64,000 nucleotides of DNA from Camelus dromedarius (lineage: Eukaryota): positions 76,882,001 through 76,946,000 of the forward strand of contig NC_087437.1 in assembly GCF_036321535.1 (NCBI RefSeq), written 5' to 3'. Both the position numbers and the translations under genes were made by a program. This document shows, in pieces, positions 26,063 through 38,420 of this stretch. Position 1 is the stretch's first letter, and every line of letters starts with the position of its first letter. A model generated the notes under the pieces. That model worked only from the letters and a program-made list of their open reading frames with translations. It had not been told where the DNA came from and did not search any database.

Positions 26063-28289
26063 GAGAAGAAAAAGGAGAAAGAAGAAGAAGAAGGAGAAGA
26101 AGAGAGAAGAAGTAGTGAAGGACTGTGCTATGATTGTTGTTTGTTCCTGGATACTCCACATTTTGGTGCTTTAAAAATCATATCTGGTCATGGGTTTTTG
26201 AAACAAGCCTTTAAGGTTTGGAGGAAGATAGCTGAATTGACTTTATTTATTTCTACTTGCTTATTTTTTTCAATCATAGGCCATTAATAATATCAGCAAC
26301 ATTTCCTACAGAAAGACCGTCCAGCACTCTTCAGGAGATGGACCTGAAGGGTTAATTGTGTGAAACCAGTATGTGTCTATGCTAAAATGTGTAAGATATC
26401 AGTATAATACTAGCCTCTGAGATGCCTCACGTGATATTCTGATACCCGGAATTTAGACCTCAGATAAAGGTACTATGTTTCATTACACTTTTTCATTATC
26501 TCCCTAGTTTAAAGTGTACTTTTAAAATTTTTGTAAAGTAATTTATTTAATAGAATTGTAAAATAGGAATGAGTTTAAGGAATGAATATCTTCCTTCTAT
26601 TTGTATTTTCAATATTAGATAGGAATTTACCTAAAATATAAAAAAATAAGTTTAGAAAGTTAACCAAACAAAACTTGAAAATTTCTCCTGACTGTAAATC
26701 CATAGACTTATGTACTTTTTTCCATCAAGCATTTCCTTTTCCCTTTGTTTTGAGTAGAAAATGAAGAAAAATCTGTCCTTCGTATGCTGTCTCTGACACA
26801 ACTCATTTTTTTTCCCCTGTACTTTATATCATGCAACTTGGTGCCTTCAAGAACATCAGCTTCGTAACTGGTTCTTCCTCAGGAAATTCTGAATCTTCAA
26901 ATTGTGTAGATATGAGGAAAGGTAGTGAATGGGTTTCCATCGGATGGCTCACCTTGGAAAATTTTAGGGAGTTTCCACTTCCTGTTATTATTCTCATGTT
27001 GTGCTGCTGCACGTGAACAAAAGCAGCACCAAAGATATTTATTTGTTAAGTGGCAGTGTTGGCATTACTGGAGACCAAAAGCATTCTTACAAACTAACAG
27101 CATCATGTAGTGTAACAAATACAGATTCTAAATTCAAAATGTAGTTTTCCTGTTCTTAATTGAAGTTAGTAGTTGTGTGGGGTTGAGTCTCAGTCTCCTC
27201 CCCTCAGAGGCGAATGTTGGCTAAGAGTACTGATTGCACTGCCAAACTAAGTTTAAATCCTAACCTTGCCATTTAGAAATTACGTGACTTTGTGAACATG
27301 ACTAAACTTTTCTATACTTCTGACTTCCTGTGTGTAAAATGGATTCTTATCTCAAGGGGGATGCTGCGAACAATACATTGTTTTAATGTGAGTAAAGATT
27401 TTAGAGTAGCCCTTGACATAGTACACATTAAGTAAAAGTTATCAGTATTCAATTCAGCCTCCAAAGTAGAACTTTACAGTTTACCTCATGGGAGATCATA
27501 TAGCAAAGAAAATGGCCAGATTAGCAGAAGGTAACCTTGGTATCAGACCTAGGCCTAAAAGCATCTAACAGTTTAAGAGTCTGGCTGCCAAGCTGTTCTG
27601 ATGATGGATCAAAGGAAAATGCTTGTGTTGGGAAAAGTCTGTTTTCCCCAAGATTTTTTAGGGCAAAGACTGCATGAATCATCTCCATCCTGTGGTCTGA
27701 AGGGGACTTAGGCCAAAGAGAGTCACTTGGTGGGGAGTTGGCTCAATAGAATTTGTCTGGAGTAAAATGCTCAAAACCAGAGTGTTGAGAGAATATTTAC
27801 AAAAGGTTAGATGGAGGAGATATTATTTGAATTTAAGAAACTAGACCTTAACCCAAGTTGGAGGCAAGAGTTGAGGACCGTAAGGGGAAGACTAAGTTTG
27901 AACCATTTTCCAAGCCTAGCAGGTCAGATATAAACAGATGCACGCAAAGAGGACCAAAGTCAGAATTCATTAATGCTGGACAAATATCACTTCTCTTTCC
28001 TCTCGCAACCCCTTCCTTCTCCCTCATCTTTTTTTTTTTTTTTTTTTTTTCGCCTCCCACGACCCAGCAGCAGCCCCATTAGTGGAGTGGAGTAGGAAAA
28101 GAGATGGGCAGGAAAAAGAAGTCAGCCACACCCACCCTGTGCCACAGAAGCATTTCCAAAGCTAACGTGGGTCAGAACTGGGAGCTTTTCATCATCCACA
28201 GAATGACATTTTAATGACTGAACTGGTACTTTTTACAACTAAAGTGATTGGAAAAGTTTTTCTCTGCTTCCTTTTACAGCAAAACTCAA

Positions 28290-29098
28290 AAGGGCTGAAA
28301 GTATCTGCCAGCTCATTCCTTGAATCCCCTCTCCATCAGGATTTTGCCAACACTATTCCACAAAAACTGCTTTTACCAAGGTCGCAAATGACCTCCAGAC
28401 ATTCACAAATCCAGTGGTCTCCTCTCAGTCCTCATCTTATTTGATTCTGAGCCAGCATATGACACACCACGTTTCTTCTTTGTTCACTTTCTTCATTGAC
28501 TTCCAGCACATAATTCATTTAGGTGTTTTTTTAACAACATTTTCTTAGTCTCTGTAGCTTTTCCAAATTCCTTACCTCTAGATTCTGCAGTGCTCCAGGG
28601 ACTGATCCTTGCAGCTGGTTTCCCAACTACAGTCACTTCTTAGGAGAGTTTATCCAGTCCCACAGCTTTAAAAAATATTGAAATATAGTTGATTTACAGT
28701 GCTATATTAGTTTCAGTTGTACAACATAGTGATTCAAAATTTTTATACTTTATACTCCATTTAAAGTTATTATAAAATATTGGCTATATTTCCTCTGCTG
28801 CGGAGTTTATCTTTGTAGCTTATTTATTTTACAGACAGTAGTTTGTACTGCTTAATCTACGACCTCCATTCCCCACTTCCCACTCTCTACTGGTAACCAT
28901 GAGTTTGTTCTCTATATCTGTGAGTCTGTTTCTGTTTTTAATATTCATTCGTTTTATTTTTTAGATTCCACACGTAAGTGATAACATACAGTATTTTTCT
29001 TTCTCTGTCTGACTTATTTCACTAAGCATAATACCCTTCATGTCTGTCCGTGTTGTTGCAAATGGCAAAATTTCATTCTTCTTTATGGCTGAGTATTA

Positions 29099-29150
<52 letters not shown>

Positions 29151-31070
29151 ATGTGTGTTTGTGTGTGTATGTATACCACATCTTCTTTATACGCTTATCT
29201 GTTGATGGACACTTAGGTTGCTTCCATAAGTTGGCTATTGTAAATAATGCTGCTGTAAACGTTAGGGTATATATATATATATATATTTTTTTTTTTTAAT
29301 TACCGTTTTCATTTTCTTCAGATATATACCCAGGAGTAGAATTGCTGGATTATATGGTAGTTCTATTTTTAATTTTATGAGGAACCTTCATACTGTTTTA
29401 TATATACCAATTTACATTCCCACTAGCAGTGTACAAGGGTTCCTTTTTTTCTACATCCTTGCCAACATTTGTTATTTGTGGTCTTTTTATGATAATCATT
29501 CTGACAGGTGTGAGGTGGTATCTCATTGTGGCTTTGGTTTGCACTTCTTTGATGATTAGGAATATTGAGCATCCTTTCATGTGCCTGTTGGCCATCTGCA
29601 TGTCTTCTTTGGAAAAAATGTCTCTTCAGGTCTTCTGTCCATTTTCAAATTAGATTGTTTGATTATCTCATACTGAGTTGTATGAGCTGATTATATATTT
29701 TGGATATTAATTCCTTATTGGTCATTGGTCAAATATTGTGATTATTTTATCCCATTCAGGAGGTTGTATTTTCATTTTGTTATGATTTCCTTTGCTGTGC
29801 AAAAGCTTTTAAGTTTAATTAGGTCCCATTTGTTTATTTTTTCTTCTGTTTCCTTTGCCTTAGGAGATAGACCCCCCCTAAAAATATTGCTGTGTTATAT
29901 GTGAAAGAGTGTTCTGCCTCTGTTTTCTTCTAGGAATTTTATGCTTTCCTGACTTACATTTAGGTCTTTACTCCATTTTGAATTTATTTTTGTATGTGGT
30001 ATGAGAATATGTTTTAATTTCATTGTTTTACATGTAGCTGTCCAGTTTTAAATATAATTTATAACTCCTAGATGACTCAATTCTCTTGCCTCCTATATAA
30101 TCCTAGACAACTCATATGAACTCCATATGTATATGCAGTGTATTCAGCTTGTTCACTTGGATGTTCTTTAGCTCCTCAAACTTGACATGGCTAGAAATTA
30201 ACTCCTGATTTCAGCCTGCTTACTAAACTTGTTTCTTGGTCTCCTTCTATCCCAGTGTATAGCAACTGCAGTCCTCCAGATGTTAAGGTCAGAAAACTGT
30301 GAAGTCATTCCTGATTTGTTTTTTCTCTGACATTTCACATCCAATTCATTAAGAAATCATGTTGGCTCTACTTTTAAATGATATTGAGAACTTGACTACT
30401 TCTCAGTACATTATTCATTGACATGCTCATCTAAGTCGCCATCATTTCTCACCTTCGCTCGTTTAAAAGCTTCCTAATGGTGGTCTCCTTATTTTGATCT
30501 ATGTCGCCTACCGTTTACTTTTCAACACAGTAGCAAGGGTGATCTGGTTAAAATAAAAACTGGATCATGTCCTCTCTTTACTTAAAACCATACAAATGCA
30601 TTCCTTTTGTCCATAGAAAGGTATTAATTTTTTAACCTGACCTACAAGGCCGTACATGAACTGGGGTCCTGTTACCTCTTTGATGTCATTTTCCTCTGCT
30701 CTCCTCTTTGCTCAGTCAGGTACTGCCTCCCTAACTTCCTCTCTGTTCCAAGAACACAGGGAGCCTGCTCCTCCTGTACAGATTTGCATTTGCAATTCCC
30801 TCTGTCTGGAATGCTTTTCTCCCACCCACATGTTCTGGCTTTCTGACTTGCTCCATCGGATTTCAGATAACAGCTTTCAGGGATACCTTCCCAGACCAAC
30901 CCATGTGAAATGGAATCCACATAAAAGTTATTCTTTAAAGCCAGTACTCTGGGTCACTTGTTTCCACTGTATTACAAATCTTTTATAAAATTATTTATGC
31001 TTTGTGTTTTGTTTCCTATTGTTTCGCCTGGCATATAAGTGATGCTTAAGAGGTATTTAAATAAATGAAT
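28290..31070 (+). mobile_element. L2 LINE remnant split by the L1 at 28676-30043
   Basis: L2-like blocks on both sides (atccagtcccacagctttaaa; ctcctcaaacttgacatgg; tggatcatgtcctctctttacttaaaacc; tccctctgtctggaatgcttttc). Confidence 0.7.
28676..30043 (-). mobile_element. L1 3' ~1.4 kb (ORF2 C-terminus plus 3'UTR), disrupted
   Basis: Minus-strand peptide [11 protein letters not shown]...[10 protein letters not shown]...[12 protein letters not shown] is L1 ORF2p C-terminal; short TSD-like cag(c/t)tttaaa flanks; internal (GT)n at 29103-29149. Confidence 0.93.
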
Positions 31071-31979
31071 TATTGTGAGCTGTTGGAACAATCATGGGAT
31101 GAGTCAGAGAGCTCACGGAGAGGAAAGGAAGAATGTGTTCCCCAGAGCTGGTTTGAAAGGGCACAAAATGGGGAGAGGGGGAATAAAGTTATTTTCTACT
31201 GCATCCTTTGGACTAGCTTTTTAGGTTAGTGGATTCATATATATTAAATAGCTATTTGTAATTAAAGCACTGTATATTACTATTGATTAAAGCACATTCA
31301 CTCAAACAGAATAAATATACCTTTATTTGTACTAGTATCTGCTCCTTTATCTGAGCTTTAAATGTGCTCCCCCAACATTTTATGTTTTTGGTTACTATTA
31401 GTTTTTCTTGGATCTTATTTTAATTATTTGTTGGCATACTGTCTCCATTCTTAGACTATATTGTCTGCAAAGGTAGCTTTGTTTTGTTTTGTTTTTTAAA
31501 TCTTGGCACCTAACAGTATTTGACAAATAGTAGCAAAAATGCTTGTGAAATTTATTTTTGATAAATATTCGACTCAATTATCTCTTTTAACATAAATAGT
31601 ATGTACTACAGGATTCTCAGAACATATGAGCCAGAGATTTTATATACAAGCAAGTTGTTCTCTGAACATAAAGTCTACAAATGCTGAATTTTTATGTAAG
31701 AACTCTGAGAATATTTTTTCCTAAGCCCTCCTTGAGAAAAGTCCTTGAGTGCTCCAGCAAATCAAGGATGTTTTAGCAAAAGAACAGCAATAAGCATTGA
31801 AGAGATTTAATTGTAAATCTAAGCCAAAAATACAGTGAAGATAAGGATAAAAAGTGAAACGTAAATTTTAAATGCTCTCAGACATATAAATGATTCAATA
31901 ATGAAAACTGGGAGAAAGGGAAGTAGAACAAGCTTACTGAACTCACCTGTGAGGATAGGGTTCAAAGAATGTCATTTAC

Positions 31980-32116
31980 CTTTTTTCTTTTTTGGGGGGA
32001 GGAGGTAATTAGGTTTATTTACTTGTTTATTAATTTTTTAAATGGAGGTACTGGGGATTGAACCCAGGACCTCGTGCATGCTAAGCATGTGCTCTACCAC
32101 TGAGCTATACTCTCCC
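31980..32116 (-). mobile_element. tRNA-Ala-derived SINE (camelid Vic-1-like)
   Basis: Reverse complement reads gggagagtatagctcagtggtagagcacatgcttagcatgcacgaggtcctgggttcaatcccc; 16-bp TSD caaagaat(g/a)tcattta at 31963-31978 and 32124-32139. Confidence 0.92.
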
Positions 32117-32559
32117 AAGTCTCCAAAGAATATCATTTAAATTGCCTAGTCTAGTAGTGAAAGTGTTAGCACATTAAAGAGAACAAAAGTAATCATTCAG
32201 TAAAAAGATAATTGTATGACAAAGGAGCAGGAAAGGATGGGTGGGATGAGGATTGGAGCTAATTTTATTGGTTTTCATAAAAGATAACATGTTTGTTATC
32301 TAAAGGAGGAAGGTCTAAGGGTATTATTATCACAGGATAAGTGTAACATTAACCAGTAGAACAAAAATACAAGACCTCCAAAATTTCAGAGGAACTACAA
32401 AAAGAGGCATAGAAAACAAATCATACAGACATGCATGCACACACATACATATATACATATATGTAATTTATACATGTTTACATACACATTCACATGTATG
32501 TAAATTATATAATGCTCATATATATTATGCAATACATGTCATTTTGCATGCTAGCTGTT

Positions 32560-32910
32560 ATATAAGATTCTGAAAGATGGTCATGTCTTCTTCAATAAAT
32601 ATAATGGGTTTAACTATTAAAAAGGAAAAGATTTTTAGCATGAGTTGCAACTCTTTGCTTTAGAAAAGTAATACATCTACAACAAATTGATTTGGAATGG
32701 TTAAATATAAAAAATGGTCTAGGTAGGTCAGTCAAATATAAGTTAAAGAAAATAACAGGGAGTCATCTTAATCTCAGGAAATGTAGAATCTAGGCCAAAA
32801 AACATTGTAATGCCAAGGTACAGGATCCAGTAGGGTCTAATACTTGGAATATATGTGTACAAATACTATAGCAGCAAATTTCAAAGAGCAAAAGTTACAG
32901 ACGATATGAA
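32560..32910 (+). mobile_element. Old L1 ORF2 endonuclease-region fragment
   Basis: aataaatataatgggtttaact...ggaatatatgtgtacaaatactatagcagcaaatttcaaagagcaaaagttacaga resembles L1 EN-coding sequence. Confidence 0.55.
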
Positions 32911-32919
32911 AAGGGACTA

Positions 32920-33509
32920 AAAGAGTAACTTCACAGTGTGGAAATGGAGCAGTCATCGCTACAGCCATGCAGGAAGCTTCCCATCATCAGTGATAAGTCA
33001 GGTCGACAGCCTGTGTCTCTGATGTGACGTGATGAGAATGGCAGCTTCCCTCTGTGGTTTTCCTCCCCAAGACTAGTCTAATCATTAGAATCATAGTAGA
33101 CAAACCCAAAATGAAGGACATCCTTCAAAATGCTCACTAGCACTCCTCAGAACTGCCAAGGTCATCAAAAACAAGGAAAGCAGGAGAAACTGTCATGGCC
33201 AAGGGGAGCCTGAGGAGACATGACAACTAAATATAGTATGATATCCTGGATGGGATTCTGAAACAGAAAAAGGGCAGTAAGTAAAACCCAAGGAAATACT
33301 AAAAATATACAGACTTTAGTTAATCATAATGGATTATTATTGGCTCCTTGATTGTAACAAATGTGCTACAGTGATGTAAGGTGGTAATAATAGGGGAAAC
33401 TGGGTTTGGGGTATATGGAAAATTTCTCTGTTATTTCACAATTTTTCCATAAATCTAAAATTGTTCTAAAAGTAAAATCCAACTAAAATTCTTAAAAAAA
33501 AAAAAAAAA
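32920..33509 (+). mobile_element. L1MC-type 3' end
   Basis: aaggtcatcaaaaacaaggaaag...ggagacatgacaactaaat...tcctggatgggattctgaaacagaaaaagg...aaatctaaaattgttctaaaa then poly-A. Confidence 0.82.
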
Positions 33510-34042
33510 CAATGCAGGTTTGCTAACTTAGGTGGAACAAGAGAAATTTATATTCATATTTGCTTGTGTTTACATAAAGAAGGCCTGGGAATTTATAACA
33601 GAAACTAATAAAAGAGGCTACCTATGGAAGAGGATGGTGATGAGGAAAAGGCTAGGTGCTCCCTGAGGTGGGAACAGGCCTTCTCAAAAATGTATCCTTT
33701 ATGTAGTTTTTATGTTTGAAATTTGTGAATGTATTAATTTTTTAAAAATGCACATAAAACAGTAGTAATTTACTCTTAAATCTCTTATTAAAATAGCTCA
33801 AATGTCAGCCCACCATATGACAGTTATGCAGATTCTGAAAATATTGATTCCCCAAATACATATTTTTAGTTGTCTAAATTCTGTTAACATGTCTGGGCAG
33901 CAACTTGGCCAAGTCAGAGTAATTAAGCATATAATAATGCACTCCATTATAACAGTAGTCTTTAAGTTTCACAAAGTGCTTTTACATGTATTATCTCTTT
34001 TATTTACCTTTTTAAATAAAGAATAACAAGTAAAGAAAAATT

Positions 34043-34146
34043 TTTTCTTCCTCCCTTTCTTCCTTCCTTCCTTTCCTCCCTCCCTCCCTCCCTTTCTCTC
34101 CCTTACTTTTTCTCTTTCTTTCTCTCTCCCTTTCTCTCTCTCTCTC
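34043..34146. repeat. Polypyrimidine (CCT/CTT/CT) low-complexity tract
   Basis: About 100 nt almost purely C/T. Confidence 0.85.
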
Positions 34147-35602
34147 AATCTGAGTCTTGAAAAAGTAAAGGGACTTCCTTACTGATGTGGAGTGGCAGAG
34201 GAAATAGGAGATAAGAGAATCAAATTTCTTCCAGTTCCTACTTCAGTGCTTTCCACCGTATTTTACCATCTATGTAAAGGTATAGACCTTAGGTAACTTA
34301 CCCTAATGGTCATAATTTCTGCAATAAATTGTTCTCTTGAGAGCGAAGATTGCAATGTAGTTACCTGCAGTCTAGAAATGGGTTAAGTAACATCCCTATG
34401 TGCTCTGAGCAGATAAAAGAGAAAGAGTAATAGTTTTTAGATAGGATGGTCTAGATTTGAACCAACAACATGACCACAGGTAGATCAATAATATATTTAC
34501 CTGCCCTAAGAATTGTCAGGCACTTAATCATAACGTCTGAGTATTTCCTCTGCTGTTTTTTTTTCCATTGTGAAGGACTTCCAGATAACTTTCAAATAAA
34601 TCATGACTTGTGAATTTCCATTGCTAGCTTCCCTAGAAAGTGTGTGACTAGAGAGCACCACTTCAAGGATAAGAAATCATAGAATCATATAAAGCAGATT
34701 CATTTACTCAAGCCTTACTCCCTTTCTTGACTATATTAAATGACCACTATTACTTTTACATTTTCAAGTTGTGTTAAAATCACTGGATGCATTTTCCATT
34801 TAATTTCCAGTTATTCATATTAAGATGATATATATATTTTATTTATATTTAAGTATTTTAACACATTAAATGTCTCTTGTTTTCTTCCCTGATAAATATT
34901 TTGCCAACCATTCCATTTCTTACTGTAACCACTAGAGAAAAAGTCATTCAAGTTCATCTTTCAGATATTATTTAAATTTTATTTAAATTTTAGTACAAAA
35001 AGTATTAATTTGCATAATACTCTACAAAAGAAAGGCTCTACCTCTATGAAGCTTTTAATCTTTTGGAAGAAAAATAAAGCAGACATATGAATAAACATTT
35101 TTATGTAATTGCAAATAGTGGCAAGTGAAGGAAAACAATCTTACGGGACAAAATTAGTATCTGAGATGGAAGTGGAACTGAATCGTAGTAAATAATTAAG
35201 TGTGAGCCAGACAAATAGGGACAAGAGACAAAGATCCTAGCAGACCTTCAGCTCTCACTGGAGACCTAACACTTGAAGAGCTCTGCATAATTAAGGAAGC
35301 AAAACAAACGTGAATCCTGTAGTTGAAACTGAGTGAGTGAAAGAAATGCTTCTTTTCTAAAATGATCTAGCACTTCCAAAATGTATTCCTGTTAACAGAT
35401 CATCAGTACCTTTACAGCTATATTCTAGTACAATAGGAAACCATTAAATGGTTCCTAGAAGGGTTGTGGACTGATTGAATCTGTATCTGTAAAACACCCA
35501 CTCTGGCTGCTCTATGGAGATCACTGCAGAGAATTTCTTGAAAACCAGGTAAGTGGCTCATGCATTAGTCCAGAAGAGGGAAAGAGCATTGGACTAGGGT
35601 GG

Positions 35603-36010
35603 TGTATTAGATGAGCTTTTTGCTGCAGTAATGTCATGTAACAATGATCTCAAAAATCACAGTAATTTATTTTTATCACTCATGGTTTTGCAGGTAGACT
35701 GAAGGCTCAAGGGCTCACCTCAAGCCTTGGGTGCAAGTTTGTTCTGTGTATCTCCTCTTTCTTGTGGGACCAGCAGCTTCCCCAGGTATGTTGTTTTCAA
35801 GGCAGATGGGCAGAAGTACAAAAGGCTAAGGCAAGTTATGTAAGTATATTAAACTTTCTTTCAGATAAGGCATATATTATATCTGCCTACATTCCATTAG
35901 CTAAAGCAGATCCCATGACCAAGCAAAACTTTGGGAAGGGAAATAAAGTCTGGCTACTCTAACAGGAGTTACTACAATATTATATTGCAAAAAATATATA
36001 CAACCGTGAG
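35603..36010 (-). mobile_element. Old MLT1 (MaLR) LTR inside an L2 remnant
   Basis: tgtattag...ttttgctgcagtaa...ctgcctacattccattagctaaagcagatcccatgaccaagc. Confidence 0.6.
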
Positions 36011-37529
36011 TGAAGAATATAATCTAAGGGATTATTATAATAGGTTGGATGTATAATACTTTTTGCAGATAATTTTAAATTACATATGAGGGATGAGAGA
36101 GGAAGTTGTAAATGATGATTCCCTCTGTTTTGGCATAAAAAACTGTGTAGATGCAAGTGTCATTTACTGATAGAAAGAGACAGAAGTCAGAGTTGAAAAG
36201 AAGACCAGTATTTCAGTTTGGGAGTTTGGGACATGTTGATGAAATAGAAAAATGATAGAGGTAGGTAACTGTGTATTCATCTTAGTAGTGAAGTATGGTT
36301 AGGGCTAGAGTTGTTGGCATAACAGTGGTCTCTCTCTCTCTCTGTCCCTCTCTTTCTCTTTTTTCTTTATTTTTTGTTTTTTGGTTGCTTCTTTTATAAG
36401 AATAAGGAGAAGTAAATTGTAGAAGCAGTAGTGGGGAAAACTGTGGGCCTCAACTCTGTACCTTGAGGTATGAAATGTTTGGGAGAATAAATGCCTGTAA
36501 TTAAAAAAGATTTGAGGGGAGGAAAGTGCTCAGGACCAGGCAGTCAGGCCAAAGTAGAGGGAGTTCCAAAGAGTCAATGGAAAGATTTAGGTGGACTGAG
36601 ATTTGGGTCAGATGGCTTTATGCAGCAATATGGAAATGAGATTTTGATAAACACATGACCAAAGAAATTTAGAGATCCGGTTTTGACAAACTTAAAGAAA
36701 AATGTAAGACATCACTCTTTTGTTTATGTTCCCAACTTTTAAGATACGTATTGTAAAAATGCATGACACTTCAAGATACTTGTAAAAGAATAGTCACCAT
36801 TTTCATTTTTCAGTAACTTTTACTTTATTCATATGCATATATCCCCCTCCATTAGGTTATTATAATAATTGAAATGATATGAAGATTTATGAGGAAAATT
36901 AGTTGTATTCTATTTTTTATGGTAACTAATGATAATATTTTGTGGATTCTTTTATAACTTTATGCATGTGTATATGTATGTTTATTTATAGGGCTTTTTA
37001 TTTCATTCCTGTTTTTCTCATATGAATTTGATTTATTCACTTAACAATGTATCTTGGAATATTCCTCTAAGTCAGTAATGTAGATGTATTTTCTTGTTTG
37101 TGACAGTTGTTTAATGCTGTATTATTTGTACAACGTTAGTTCAATTTTTCTCTTAATGATGAGCATACATGTGTTGCAAGAACTAGTATTTTTACTTGTT
37201 ACTGTTTTTATTTTCTATTTTATTGGCCACTACAAACAATGCTTTTAGAAATGCTTTGTGCATAGGTATTTAAATACTGAAGCTTTTATGTTTGCATGAT
37301 AGATTTCTGAAACCTCCAGAATTACTGCTCCAAGGAAAGTGGATATGTTTTTTTTTTTTTAATTTTAGTACATGTTGCTAGGTTTCTTAATCTGAAAGTT
37401 TGTAACAATTCACATTTCCATCAAAAATACATAAGTATTCACTTATCAGTATCATTTCCATCATTGATTGTGATTTCTTTTTTTGTTGTTAATTTTCTCT
37501 CTCTTTTTTAAAACTAATTTTTGATGACT

Positions 37530-38420
37530 GCATTATTCATTTATTCAAAAAATATTTCTTATGTTCTTAGTGTACTTGGCATTAAGAATACATTGGCAGG
37601 CAAGGTAGAAATGATACCAGTCTTCCTGGATTCTAATAAGCTGAGAAATTAGTTTATTATTAATTAACAAATGTGTTAATTGTGACAAATGCTGTAAGAA
37701 GAAAAAATATGATGCTAAAGAACACTCTTTGCTAAGGTTTCACAGAGGAAGTAATACCTAAGCCAAAACATAATATTTAAGTAGAAATCAGCCAGGTGAA
37801 GGAAGAATGGGATGGGGAGAATATTTCCATGCAGAGGAAGTAAATCAAATGTAAAGGCCCAGAAGAACTAGAGAACCTGGTTAGCACATAGCATGAGAAG
37901 TAAAAGAGAGCCCTGTAGTGAACAAGTTTGCCTTTTAAGCCAAGTTAAGAAGAAGAACACAATAACTGTAAGAAAACACTGGAAAGATTTATGCAAGAGT
38001 GTGACTTGGCAAGATTTGTATTTTAGAAGGATCTTTAGGTTTGTACTATGTAAAACTGACTGGCCAAGAGTGAATGCAATTGAAGCAATTCAAGTGAGGG
38101 ACTTCTGGAGTAAGGCAATAGACTAGAAGATGGAAAGAAGCAAATGGAGTTGGTAAAGTGAAGAAAGCTTTGTGTTAAATTGGATGAGCCAATTAAATAG
38201 TGAGAAGGGATTCCATGTTCCCAGTTTTCTCTTTGTAAAATTGAGTGGCTGGTGGTTCTGTTAACTAAGAAAGAAAATCCTCTGGCTAATAACCAGAAAC
38301 CAAGTTTAATGTGTTTAATTTCAATCATACTGAGTTTGAGAGCTCCCAAATGCCCTAGTAGAGCTGTCTAATTGGCATCTGGGTAAATGTATCTGGAGCT
38401 CAGGGTTGAACCTTGAGTTG
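37530..38420 (-). mobile_element. L2 LINE 3' region
   Basis: Begins cattcatttattcaaaaaatattt (L2 tail); L2-like body (gaggaagtaatacctaagc; tactgagtttgagag). Confidence 0.7.

Noticed and set aside
27001..27029. miR-15/16-like hairpin (AGCAGCAC)
   Set aside because: The stem is only 8 bp and the mature miRNA sequence is absent.
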